Made by a program: the position numbers and the translations under genes. Positions 8,224-17,744 of a DNA stretch of 64,000 bases are shown here, piece after piece. This stretch comes from Actinomycetota bacterium (GTDB lineage Bacteria; Actinomycetota; Acidimicrobiia; IMCC26256; VFJJ01), in NCBI GenBank assembly GCA_009886115.1, contig VFJJ01000018.1:1-64000 (forward strand), read 5' to 3'. The stretch's first letter is position 1; every line of letters begins with the position of its first letter. The notes beneath the pieces are model-generated. The model was not told where the DNA came from, did no database searches, and worked only from the letters and a program-made list of their open reading frames with translations.

Positions 8224-11200
8224 ATGGGATTGCGCAACCAGAGCCTTCGGGGCGGCGCGTACCTGGGGGTGCGCGAGGCCTTCGGCATGCTGATCCGCTT
8301 CGGCGGAGCGGTGATCTTCACGCGCGTCATCGGGGCCTCGGAGTTCGGCATCCTGGCCGGCTCCCAGGCCATCCTCTTCGTCCTCACGCTCGTGGCCCAG
8401 ATGGGTGTCGAGGTCTCGATCATCCGCCGTCAGGACGAGCCCGACCAGCGAGCCATCGACGCCGCGTTCTCGCTCGTCGCGGTCAATGGCGCCATCGCCG
8501 TGGCCGTGGGTCTGGTGGGAGCCGTGGTGGCGCTCGGCGTCGGGGTGGGCGGCCATGCCGTCGCCGTGTTCGCGGTGCTCCTCCTGTCGCTGCCCATCAA
8601 CATCATGTGGGCACCGGCCCAGGGCCAGATCGAGCGCAACTTCGGCTTCCGGTCGATGGCCTTCCTCGAGCTCACCGGCGACCTTATCCTCTACTCCGTC
8701 TCGGTCACCCTCGTGTTGGCCGGGATGGGCGTGTGGGGAACGGTCATCGGCGTCTTCGCCTGGCAGACCTGGCTGTTCGTCAGCTCCTACCGGGTCGCAC
8801 GCATCAGGCCCCGCTGGCGTTGGGACCGCGAGGAGATCGCTCGCTACCGGAAGTTCGGACGGGGCTTCAGCCTGGCCGTGGCGGCCGACCGTTCCAAGGA
8901 TCTCGTCAACCCCCTCGTCGTCGGGGCCCTGGCCGGAAGCGCTGCGGTGGGCAACGTCTTCCTGGTGCTGCGCCTGCTCGAGTCGATGGGGTTCGTGTTC
9001 CGGGCCACCTGGCGCCTGTCGCTCGCGGCGCTGAACCGGGTGCGCCACGACATGGACCGCTTCCGCCGGGGCATCGAAGAGGGCATGACCCTGCAGGTGC
9101 TCGTGGTGGGGCCGATCCTGGCTGTCGCCTGTTTCGCCATCGACGAGATCATCCCGTTCGTGTGGGACGACGAATACCCCGAAGCAGCCGCGATCTTCCC
9201 GCTCGTCGCCGTCGCGACCCTGGCGACGGGCGTCACGTCGATGCTCGTCAACGCCCTGTACTCCTTGGGGCGCACCGGTGCCGTGCTGCGAGCCAACCTG
9301 GTTCGGGCCGCGTTCTGTGCCGGGTTCGCCGCGCTCGCCGTCGAGCGCAACGGCGTGACGGGATACGGGGTCGGAGAGATCGCCGGGCTGATCTCCATCG
9401 TGGTGCTCGACGGGGCGCTGCGCCGCGAGCTCGACTTCTCGTACCGCCGCGTGCTGCCGTGGTTCGGCGCGTTCCTCCCCCTGATCGGGGCCACGGCGCT
9501 GCCCCTGGTGTGGCGACCGCTGCTGGCTCTACCGCTCGTCGCCATGCTGACGTGGCCTCGAACCCGCCGAGAGCTCGTCGGGTACGTCCGGACGGTCCTC
9601 GCTTCCCGGATGCCCGGCAGCGCTGATCCCGCTGATCCCGCTGATCCCGCTGATGTCGCTGGGCGCGAGCGTCTCGGCGCCGACCGCCTCGACATGGCGA
9701 CCGTCGACGCCGACGCCTTCGACACCTCCAGCGTGACGAATTGGGCCGAAGTGGTTCCGACCGCTGCCGAGCGCCGAAACGGCCCTGTCATACTCGATGC
9801 AGCGATCGCTGCCGATGTCGCGCGCTCGTCGAACGGCGCGCATCATCCCCATCCCACGGAGGCAACACCGGTGCCGAGTGCGAAGTCACCATCGTCGAGT
9901 CATGCGGCCCGGCCCAGCGTCGACGGTCGCGACGTGATCTTCGTCGCCTGGACGGGTCGCCCGGCGCGCACCCACGAGATCGCGCAGGCCCTGGGTGCCG
10001 AGGCCAAGATCCTGCCCGGCCATCGCACGATGAAGCCGCTGGTGCCCCTGCGGTACCTCTTCCAGGCGATCCAGACGTTGTTCTTCCTCATTCGGCGTCG
10101 CCCCGATGTGGTGCTCGTCCAGAACCCACCGGTGATGGCGGCGGCCGTCGTGTGCTTCTACGGTCGCTTCTCACGGTGCCGGGTGATCCTCGACAGCCAT
10201 CCCGGAGGCTTCGGGGCCCAGGGCGATCGGGTGTCGGCCCGTCTTCAGTGGATGCACCGCTGGGCCGTCCGGCACTCGTCGGGCGTCTTGGTGACCACCC
10301 GAGACTGGGTGCAACTCGTGAACGGCTGGGGCGGTCGGGGCATCGTCGTGCACGAGCCGCCTCCCCACTTCGAGGTCGCGGCCCCGACCGAACGCCCCGA
10401 TCGGGGGCGGGTCCTGTACGTCACGGTGTTCGCCCCCGACGAGCCGCTCGTCGAGGTGCTCGAAGCGGCACGCTCGCTCCCCGACGTCGACTTCGTGGTC
10501 ACGGGCGACCTGCGACGGTGCCCGTCCAAGATCCGTGAGCAGGCGCCCGAGAACGTGGCCTTCGTGGGCTACCTCCGAGGCGACGACTATGTACGGGCGC
10601 TGGCCGATGCCGACATGGTGCTGGCACTCACGAGCGAGCCGACATCGGTGATGCGAGCGGCGTACGAGGCGGTGTACGCGAATCGGCCGCTGCTCGTCTC
10701 CGACTGGCCTGCGCTGCGTGAGACCTTCCCGCTCGCGGTGCCCGTTCGGAACACCGCCGACTCGATCGCCGAGGCGGTCGTCGACACGCTCGACGAGTAC
10801 GACTCACAGTTGATGCTGCTGCGCGAGGCTCGACGCCTCCAGGAGCAGCGCTGGAGTGATCAGCTCGACGACCTTCGTCAGGTGATCCACGCCCCCGAGC
10901 CGATCTCGGCGTTCCGGCGCCGGTCGTTCCTGCGCCGGCAGCCGTTCCTGCGTCGGCGGGCCTGGGTGATCGTGCTGACGGGTCTCCTGGCCTTCGGGAT
11001 GGCCACGCTCCAAGCCGGCAACGAAGTGGTCGACTACACGGCCGAGGCCAGTCTCAACGTGCAGTCGGGGGCGTCCGATGAAGGCCCCGGGCAGGCCTTC
11101 GAGGCCACCAGGCAGGCACTCAACTACGTGACCGTCATCGAACGCGACCAGATCATCCGCACGCACGTGGCCGCGAACATCAACGCCACCGAGTCGACCG

Positions 11201-12096
11201 TCGAAGAGAACCTCGGCATCGCCACCAAGGGCGACACGTCGGTGCTCAAGCTCACGTACACGGCGTCCAACCCCGAGACCGCGCTCCGAGCCGTCGAGCT
11301 CGCTGTCGAGGTGATCACGGCGCAGAACGGCTACGCGACGCCGCCGATCCCGGCCGGCTCGGTGGTGGTCGTCGAGTTCGACCGAACGCCGACCGAGTCG
11401 GGGGGCAAGCTCTTCACCCCGATCAACTCGCTCATCATCGGGCTGTTCCTCGGGCTCGTCCTCGCCGTCATCTGGGAACGCAACGACACCCGGGTCGACA
11501 GCGCCGAGCAGCTCATCGGGCTCGTTCCCGCCCCGGTCTCCGACGCCTCGCTGGTGGGACCGGCGCCGGCGCTGCTGCGGCGCTGGGTCGTCGGGTTCAC
11601 CGGGACCCTGGCCAAGGTGGGTCTCGTGTCGTCACCGCCGGGTCACATGAGCGCGACGGCATGGGTCGCCGACTGGTTGGCCTCGGCGTACCCGGAAATC
11701 TTCCCGGCGCTGGGGAGCCCGTTCTCGTCGCGGGTGGTGCAGGTCGAGCCCCAAGACGCCAGGCCCAAATCGTCGCGAACGCGGTCGACGTCTCGCGAGC
11801 CCCTCGATGTTGAGCTGATCGCGGCCGGGACCGTGACCGGTGGCGAGAACGGCGAGGCTGCAGCCCTCGAGTCGACGTTCCTCGTGCTGGTGGTGCCCAC
11901 GGGTTCCCGTACATCACACGTCACCCGCTCGGTGCGCACCCTGCGCCAGCTCGGCATCGAGGTCGGCTGGACGGTGCTCGCGCCATCGAGCCGGCTCCGC
12001 CGTCGACTGGTGCCTCCGATCGCGCTGCTCCGGGGCCGGACCCGCCTCATGCACGAGCTCGCCGACGATCCCCCTCGTCTGCGCGTGACCGAATGA
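8224..12096 (+). CDS. Fused Wzx flippase / GT4-like glycosyltransferase / Wzz-Wzc-like co-polymerase
   Basis: One stop-free frame of ~1290 aa: multi-TM flippase (~8224-9610), P/A/S linker, GT-B domain (PDVVLVQNPP, FAPDEP, AYEAVYANRPLLVSD; ~9930-10890), then two-TM Wzz-like region and a degenerate kinase-like tail (~10950-12096). Confidence 0.8.
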   Translation: MGLRNQSLRGGAYLGVREAFGMLIRFGGAVIFTRVIGASEFGILAGSQAILFVLTLVAQMGVEVSIIRRQDEPDQRAIDAAFSLVAVNGAIAVAVGLVGAVVALGVGVGGHAVAVFAVLLLSLPINIMWAPAQGQIERNFGFRSMAFLELTGDLILYSVSVTLVLAGMGVWGTVIGVFAWQTWLFVSSYRVARIRPRWRWDREEIARYRKFGRGFSLAVAADRSKDLVNPLVVGALAGSAAVGNVFLVLRLLESMGFVFRATWRLSLAALNRVRHDMDRFRRGIEEGMTLQVLVVGPILAVACFAIDEIIPFVWDDEYPEAAAIFPLVAVATLATGVTSMLVNALYSLGRTGAVLRANLVRAAFCAGFAALAVERNGVTGYGVGEIAGLISIVVLDGALRRELDFSYRRVLPWFGAFLPLIGATALPLVWRPLLALPLVAMLTWPRTRRELVGYVRTVLASRMPGSADPADPADPADVAGRERLGADRLDMATVDADAFDTSSVTNWAEVVPTAAERRNGPVILDAAIAADVARSSNGAHHPHPTEATPVPSAKSPSSSHAARPSVDGRDVIFVAWTGRPARTHEIAQALGAEAKILPGHRTMKPLVPLRYLFQAIQTLFFLIRRRPDVVLVQNPPVMAAAVVCFYGRFSRCRVILDSHPGGFGAQGDRVSARLQWMHRWAVRHSSGVLVTTRDWVQLVNGWGGRGIVVHEPPPHFEVAAPTERPDRGRVLYVTVFAPDEPLVEVLEAARSLPDVDFVVTGDLRRCPSKIREQAPENVAFVGYLRGDDYVRALADADMVLALTSEPTSVMRAAYEAVYANRPLLVSDWPALRETFPLAVPVRNTADSIAEAVVDTLDEYDSQLMLLREARRLQEQRWSDQLDDLRQVIHAPEPISAFRRRSFLRRQPFLRRRAWVIVLTGLLAFGMATLQAGNEVVDYTAEASLNVQSGASDEGPGQAFEATRQALNYVTVIERDQIIRTHVAANINATESTVEENLGIATKGDTSVLKLTYTASNPETALRAVELAVEVITAQNGYATPPIPAGSVVVVEFDRTPTESGGKLFTPINSLIIGLFLGLVLAVIWERNDTRVDSAEQLIGLVPAPVSDASLVGPAPALLRRWVVGFTGTLAKVGLVSSPPGHMSATAWVADWLASAYPEIFPALGSPFSSRVVQVEPQDARPKSSRTRSTSREPLDVELIAAGTVTGGENGEAAALESTFLVLVVPTGSRTSHVTRSVRTLRQLGIEVGWTVLAPSSRLRRRLVPPIALLRGRTRLMHELADDPPRLRVTE

Positions 12097-12169
12097 GCGA
12101 GCGGGTCACGGGCACATCCGGCAGGTGCGTGCCGGCGGGTGACGGCGCGTGCCCCGCCGTCACGATCGC

Positions 12170-13657
12170 ATGAGCGTCGCCTGGCCTGGTCCGGCCTTCG
12201 ACGGTCTCGACCAGGACGAGCGCGAGCCGCTTCCGGCGTGGCTGGTGGCCAGCTCGGCGGTCATCGGCGCGGTCCTCGTGGGCCTGGCGAGCGGGTACGG
12301 CTCGGGCGCTGCGGTTGGCGCAGCGCTGCTCGTTGCCGGGGCGCTCTGGCTGGCGGTGCGGCCGACGGTGTGCCTGATGATCCTCGTGGGCGCGGCGGCG
12401 CCCCTGTCGGGTCTACGGCGCGGTTTCCCCGTTCCCCAACTTCGAGCCGGCGAGGCTGCCATGTTGGCGGCCGGCGGGATCCTGGTGGTGCTCGGTCGGC
12501 GCTCGATCCACGCCAAGTGGGCCATCCTCGAGTGGCTGTTCTTCGGCTACGTGGCGGCCACCATCGGCATCGGCTTCTACGCCCTCCGCCAGAGCGGCGA
12601 ATCGGCCTCGGCCGACAGCTTCGGGATCCTGTTGGTGCCGGTGTTCCACCTGTTCCTCTACCTGGCGGTCAGGGTCGCCGCGGGCCGTCCCGGAATGCGC
12701 GAGCGGGGGATCCGGGTGCTGATGCTGAGCAGCATCCCGGTCTCGATCATCTCCATCCTCCAGTACTTCGACATCGCCGGGATGAAGAACCGACTCAGCG
12801 AGTACACCGACCTGGGCCAGTTCTCGACCAACGTCGAGCAGGGCTACGTGGCCCGCGCCACCGGGCCGTTCGCCCACTGGCACCTGCTCGCCGGATTCCT
12901 GTTCCCGATCCTGCTGGTCGCGGTGGCCATCGCGCTCGACAAGGCCTGGCACATCATCTCGCCGACCGCCCTCGGCGTGGTCGCGACGTTCGGCGGCATC
13001 GCCATGGTGCTGACCCTCACGTACACCGCGTTCGTGGGTCTGCTCGTGGGGACGCTGCTCGTGGGGGCCTGGGCCCGCAAGGCCACCGTGATGGCGATGG
13101 TGTTGATGTTGGTGACCGTGGTTGCCGGGTTCGCGTTCTCCGAACAGCTCGCCGGGCGTTTCAGCGACCAATTCTCGGGCGTGGAGTCGGCCGGCGGGAA
13201 CCGGTTCATCCCGAGCACCTTGAACTTCCGGTTCAGCGTGTGGACCGAGCAGTTCCTCCCGGTCATCCTCGAAAAACCCACCGTGGGCTACGGGCCGACG
13301 ACGCCCAAGGACGTCACGTGGGAGTTCACCGAGTCGGTGTACATCACGATGCTGCTGCGCGGCGGGCTGATCCTGCTCGCGATCTTCCTGGCCTACTGGT
13401 TCGCGCTGCTCGCCCGATCGTGGGCGACGCGTAACGACGCCGACCCCGCGGTGCGGATACCGGCTCGGGCGCTCACGGCTTCAGTGATCGTGCTCATCCC
13501 GATGAACGCCGTCTTCCCGTACTACACCTCGCCCGGGCTCCCGCACGTGCTGGCGGTGCTGGCGGGCCTGGCCTTCGCTCCGACGCACGAACGCCTCACG
13601 AAGGCACCTGCTGAGCGCCGCGCCTCCAGCTCCCAGCCCGCCTCGGCGTTGCCCTAG
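12170..13657 (+). CDS. O-antigen polymerase/ligase family (Wzy-like) membrane protein
   Basis: Many TM segments; RATGPFAHW, RFSVW...PTVGYG, ESVYITMLLRGGLI. Confidence 0.82.
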   Translation: MSVAWPGPAFDGLDQDEREPLPAWLVASSAVIGAVLVGLASGYGSGAAVGAALLVAGALWLAVRPTVCLMILVGAAAPLSGLRRGFPVPQLRAGEAAMLAAGGILVVLGRRSIHAKWAILEWLFFGYVAATIGIGFYALRQSGESASADSFGILLVPVFHLFLYLAVRVAAGRPGMRERGIRVLMLSSIPVSIISILQYFDIAGMKNRLSEYTDLGQFSTNVEQGYVARATGPFAHWHLLAGFLFPILLVAVAIALDKAWHIISPTALGVVATFGGIAMVLTLTYTAFVGLLVGTLLVGAWARKATVMAMVLMLVTVVAGFAFSEQLAGRFSDQFSGVESAGGNRFIPSTLNFRFSVWTEQFLPVILEKPTVGYGPTTPKDVTWEFTESVYITMLLRGGLILLAIFLAYWFALLARSWATRNDADPAVRIPARALTASVIVLIPMNAVFPYYTSPGLPHVLAVLAGLAFAPTHERLTKAPAERRASSSQPASALP

Positions 13658-13688
13658 GCGTTGCGCTCGGCGTAGCCGTAGACGCTGC

Positions 13689-14909
13689 CTACACAGCGAA
13701 GTCGGTTGCCCAGAACTGCTCGACGATCGTGCCGTGCTCGTTGAGCGTGACCAGATCGCCGATCGTGAGCGTGTTGGGGTCCGACCAGTCCCAGACGAAC
13801 GCGGTGTAGCCGTTGAAGCCGTCGTCGACCTTGGCGATGAGGTGGGCCACGAGCTCCTCATTCCACAGGGGGACGGGGTCGCCGAGATGGTTGAAGAAGC
13901 CGTACTCGGTCCCCACGATCGGGTACTCGTCGACGTACCGGCCGACGACGTTCTCCCACGACTCGAGCTCGTCGCCGCAGAAACAGGTGTTGAGGTTGGC
14001 ATAGCGATGGTTCGCGAAGGCGATGTTCGGTGCGCCGCCGAGCAGCTCGCCGTCGAGGTCGAGGATCTCGTCGGCGTGCTTCGTCGAGAAGCCCCACGAG
14101 TAGTCGATGGTGTCGGCGATGAGGAGGCCTCGGTATCCGAAGTCGTTGCGGAAGAGCTCGACGGTCTCGGTGGTCGTGTCGATCCACTCGTCCCAGGTCA
14201 CCTCGTGGGGCTCGTTCCATGGCTCGTAGACGACCTGGGTGTTGGCCTCGAACCGCTCGTAAACGTCGCGCATCATGCCGTGCACCGAGCTGGCCTCCTC
14301 GGGCCAGTCGGCTCCGGCTCCGAGGCTGTCCCACCAGCTGATGATGATGAGGAGCCCGACGGCGTTGGCGTCGGCGACGATGGCCTCGAGGCGCTCGAGG
14401 TAGGCGTCCTTGCCGCCGAGCTCGTACACGTCGTTCTCGTAGGTGGCCAGGGCGACCGGCACCCGCAGCGTGTTCACCCCCAGCTCGGCCATGCGGGCAA
14501 AGATGGTCGAGCGCTCGTCGAAGTTCCGGGCCGCGGTGGGTCCGATCCCGTCGTCGGGCGAGCCGTCCGGCTTGGTGTAGAAGGGCAACAGGTACGCGGT
14601 CGCCCCCTTGACCACGAAACGCTTGTCGTCCTGCACGAGCACGTTGACCTCGGTGTGCAGCCTCGCCCCGGACGCGGCTCGGGCCTGAGCGGCGGCGGCG
14701 GACCCCTCGTGGGAGCGATTCCCGTCGTCCCCTCCACCCCCTGACGTGGCAACGACGATCGCCACCACCAGCGCGACCACCAGCGCGCCGGACACCAAGG
14801 CAACGAGGCGCCAGCGGCTCGGCTTTCCCGTCCCCGACTTCTCGGGCGACGACGGAGTCTCCGGCTCCGGCTCCGGCGATGCCGGGGTTTCCGGCGATCC
14901 GGTGGTCAT
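13689..14909 (-). CDS. Membrane-anchored glycoside hydrolase, GH5 (cellulase) family
   Basis: One N-terminal TM; GVNTLRVPV, YEPWNEPH (acid/base Glu), IVGTEYG (nucleophile Glu). ATGA overlap with the upstream gene. Confidence 0.82.
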   Translation of the reverse strand: MTTGSPETPASPEPEPETPSSPEKSGTGKPSRWRLVALVSGALVVALVVAIVVATSGGGGDDGNRSHEGSAAAAQARAASGARLHTEVNVLVQDDKRFVVKGATAYLLPFYTKPDGSPDDGIGPTAARNFDERSTIFARMAELGVNTLRVPVALATYENDVYELGGKDAYLERLEAIVADANAVGLLIIISWWDSLGAGADWPEEASSVHGMMRDVYERFEANTQVVYEPWNEPHEVTWDEWIDTTTETVELFRNDFGYRGLLIADTIDYSWGFSTKHADEILDLDGELLGGAPNIAFANHRYANLNTCFCGDELESWENVVGRYVDEYPIVGTEYGFFNHLGDPVPLWNEELVAHLIAKVDDGFNGYTAFVWDWSDPNTLTIGDLVTLNEHGTIVEQFWATDFAV

Positions 14910-15565
14910 CGTCGCCCGGGTTCGTCGAGCCAGGCGTAGGCGTGGTCGTAGATCCCCGCCCCGCACGGCAGGGCGTCGCGCTGGCCGCGGATCTGGGCCG
15001 GGCTGCCGACTGCGATGGCGCCGGCGGGCACGTCGCGGGTGACGACCGATCCGGCGCCGATCAGTGATCCGGCGCCGATGCGGACCCCGGGAAGGATCAC
15101 GCTCCGTGCGCCGATCGCTACGCCGTCCTCGACGATGGCCCCGCCGACGCAGTCGAGGTAGCTCGGGCACGGCGGATGGGGATCGTCGGTGAACACCACA
15201 TGGGGACCGCAGAACACGTCGTCGCCCAGCGTCACCGACGAGAGGAAGCCGCCGGTGTGGATCCGGGTCCGGGCCCCGACGGTGTTGCCGGGCTCGAGGT
15301 GGGCGCCGCTGCCGACCGAGCTGCGGTCACCGATCGTGTTGCCTTCGCGGACCATGGAGCCGTGGCCGATCTGGACGCCCGCTCCGAGGGTCACGCCCTG
15401 GTAGAGCACCGCGTAGGCCCGCACCACCGTGCCCGGTCCGAGGACCAGGGGGCCGGTGTCCCCATCGCGTGTGGGGTGAGCGAGCACACAGGGCCCGAGG
15501 ATCTGGGCCTCGTCGAGGCCGATCACATCGCCGAGGATCTCGACCCCGTTCGGGAGGTTCGTCAC
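14906..15565 (-). CDS. Hexapeptide-repeat N-acyltransferase (WbpD-like)
   Basis: Left-handed beta-helix repeats; FCGPHVVFTDDPHP, IGAGSVVTRDVP. Confidence 0.88.
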   Translation of the reverse strand: MTNLPNGVEILGDVIGLDEAQILGPCVLAHPTRDGDTGPLVLGPGTVVRAYAVLYQGVTLGAGVQIGHGSMVREGNTIGDRSSVGSGAHLEPGNTVGARTRIHTGGFLSSVTLGDDVFCGPHVVFTDDPHPPCPSYLDCVGGAIVEDGVAIGARSVILPGVRIGAGSLIGAGSVVTRDVPAGAIAVGSPAQIRGQRDALPCGAGIYDHAYAWLDEPGRR

Positions 15566-16584
15566 AACCCCAGTCTCGCGTAGTCGGACACTGTCACCGG
15601 CTCACCGTCGAGGCGCCACGACAAGTCGGCAGCATGGAGGGCCTCGACGACCTTGAGGCCGAACCAGCCGTCGGAGATGTGGACCGTTCCGGTCTCGCAC
15701 GCCTGGAGGAAATGCGAGATCTGTCGGCCCAGGGGCTCGGCCGCGGAGACGTGCGGCACGACCGTGTCGCCGTAGCGGTAGGTGAGCTGGTACTCACCGA
15801 AGTCGGGGCTGTCGGGGATCACGACGCCCTTGTCGTAGACCTTGATCGGCTCGTCGTTCTGCGTGTCGTCGTACACGACCATGCGCTGCTCGCCGACGAT
15901 CGTGAGGTCGCGCACCTTCTTCGGGGCCAACCACGAGACCGTGACCGAGGCGATGATCCCGGACGGGAACTGCATGTTGATGAACGCCACGTCGGGAACG
16001 CCTCCAAGCACCTGGCGTGCCGCCGTCTGCACCGAGACCGGGGTCTCGTTCAAGAGTTGGAAGATGATCGAGAAATCGTGCGGTGCGAGATCCCAGATGA
16101 CATTGGCGTCGTGACGAACCAGTCCGAGGTTCAGTCGAGAAGATGTGACGTAATGGACCTTCCCGAGGTGGCCAGTATTGAGGTAATGGCCCAGCAGATC
16201 GATGCGGGGACTGAACAAGAAGGTGTGGCCGACCATCAGAGCCAGCTGGCGCTCCTCGGCCAGGGCAACCATCTCGCGGGCTTCCTCGACGGTGCCGGCC
16301 ATGGGCTTTTCGACCAACACGTGCCGCCCGGCCCGGAGCGCGGCCTTGGCGATGACCCCATGCGACTCGACGGGTGTCGCGATGATGACCCCCTGCACGT
16401 CGGGATCGGCCAGTGCGTCGTCGAGATCGAGCTTCAGCTCCAGCCCCGGATAGGTGCCAGCCACGTTCGAGAGCCGGTCGACGCTGGCGTCGATGGCGAC
16501 GACGTTCTGCGCCCCCGTGGCGCTCACGAGGTTCCGGAGGATCTTCTGGCCCCAGTAGCCCAGACCGACCATGGCGATCTTCAT
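15562..16584 (-). CDS. Gfo/Idh/MocA NDP-sugar oxidoreductase (WbpB-like)
   Basis: MKIAMVGLGYWG, HVLVEKPMA, WDLAPHD. Confidence 0.9.
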   Translation of the reverse strand: MKIAMVGLGYWGQKILRNLVSATGAQNVVAIDASVDRLSNVAGTYPGLELKLDLDDALADPDVQGVIIATPVESHGVIAKAALRAGRHVLVEKPMAGTVEEAREMVALAEERQLALMVGHTFLFSPRIDLLGHYLNTGHLGKVHYVTSSRLNLGLVRHDANVIWDLAPHDFSIIFQLLNETPVSVQTAARQVLGGVPDVAFINMQFPSGIIASVTVSWLAPKKVRDLTIVGEQRMVVYDDTQNDEPIKVYDKGVVIPDSPDFGEYQLTYRYGDTVVPHVSAAEPLGRQISHFLQACETGTVHISDGWFGLKVVEALHAADLSWRLDGEPVTVSDYARLGL

Positions 16585-17744
16585 GACGCCTCCTTGATTG
16601 CGCTCGTCAGGACCTGGACGCAGGCCGAGACCTGCGACGGGGTGATGCCGGGGAACAGCGGCAGGGACAGGATGCGATGCGCCAACCGCTCGGAGACGGG
16701 GAACTGTCCGAGACGACCGAGAGCGTCGGCGCCGTCTTGGAGATGCACGGGGACGGGATAGTGGATGGCGGCGCCGACCCCGGCCGCATGGAGGGAGTCG
16801 AGGACCCGGTCGCGGTGCTCGACCTGCACGACCATCAGGTGGTGGACGTGACGCCCCCGGGGATCGATGGTGAACACCTCGGCGCCGTCGACGGAGGCGA
16901 GCTCCTCGTGGTACTGCGCGACGGCGCCATCGCGGCGAACCTGGTCGGCCTCGATGCGCCGCAGCTTCACGGCGAGGAACGCCGCTTGCAGCTCGTCCAT
17001 CCGCTCGTTGAAGCCCATGGAGGAGTGCACGTAACGGCGGACGGAGCCATGGCTGCGGAGCAGCTCGATCTGCTCGGCGATCGCGTGGTCGTTCGTGGTG
17101 ACACCACCGGCGTCGCCGAGCGCCCCCAGGTTCTTGCCGGGATAGAAGCTGAAGCTCGCCGCGCGCCCCCACGCCCCGGCGGCGATGCCGTCGTACGACG
17201 CGCCGATGGCCTGGGCGGCATCCTCGAACAGCATGAGGTCGTGGCGGGCGGCCATCGCCGCCAACTCGGTCATCGGGGCGCACTGGCCGTACAGGTGCAC
17301 GGGCAGGAGGGCCCGTGTGTTGGGCGTGATGGCGGCCTCGACCGCTGCGAGGTCGATGAGCGCGGTACGGGGGTCGACGTCGACGAGCACCGGCGTCGCC
17401 CCGGTGTGGTGCACGCCCTCGGCCGTGGCCCAGAAGGTGTTGGCCGGGATGATCACCTCGTCGCCCGGGCCGATGCCGGCCGCGAGGAGCATCATGATGA
17501 TCGAGCAGGTTCCCGATGCGACGCCGAGGGCGCGTTCGACGCCGACGTATGCCGCGAGATCACGCTCGAACGCTGCGACCTCGGGACCGCTGATGAAGAT
17601 GCTGCTGCGGAAGACCCGGTCGAACGCGCCACGGAGCTCGTCGGCGATCGGCGCGTGGACGATCTCGAGGTCGATCAGCGGGATGGGGTGCGTCAGGGCC
17701 GTGATCATCGAGCCTTCCGGTTCGGTTCTGCTGTCGGTGGTCAC
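16581..17744 (-). CDS. DegT/DnrJ/EryC1/StrS PLP sugar aminotransferase (WbpE-like)
   Basis: PVHLYGQ, EDAAQAIG, SFYPGKNLGALGDAG, NERMDELQAA. Confidence 0.93.
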   Translation of the reverse strand: MTTDSRTEPEGSMITALTHPIPLIDLEIVHAPIADELRGAFDRVFRSSIFISGPEVAAFERDLAAYVGVERALGVASGTCSIIMMLLAAGIGPGDEVIIPANTFWATAEGVHHTGATPVLVDVDPRTALIDLAAVEAAITPNTRALLPVHLYGQCAPMTELAAMAARHDLMLFEDAAQAIGASYDGIAAGAWGRAASFSFYPGKNLGALGDAGGVTTNDHAIAEQIELLRSHGSVRRYVHSSMGFNERMDELQAAFLAVKLRRIEADQVRRDGAVAQYHEELASVDGAEVFTIDPRGRHVHHLMVVQVEHRDRVLDSLHAAGVGAAIHYPVPVHLQDGADALGRLGQFPVSERLAHRILSLPLFPGITPSQVSACVQVLTSAIKEAS

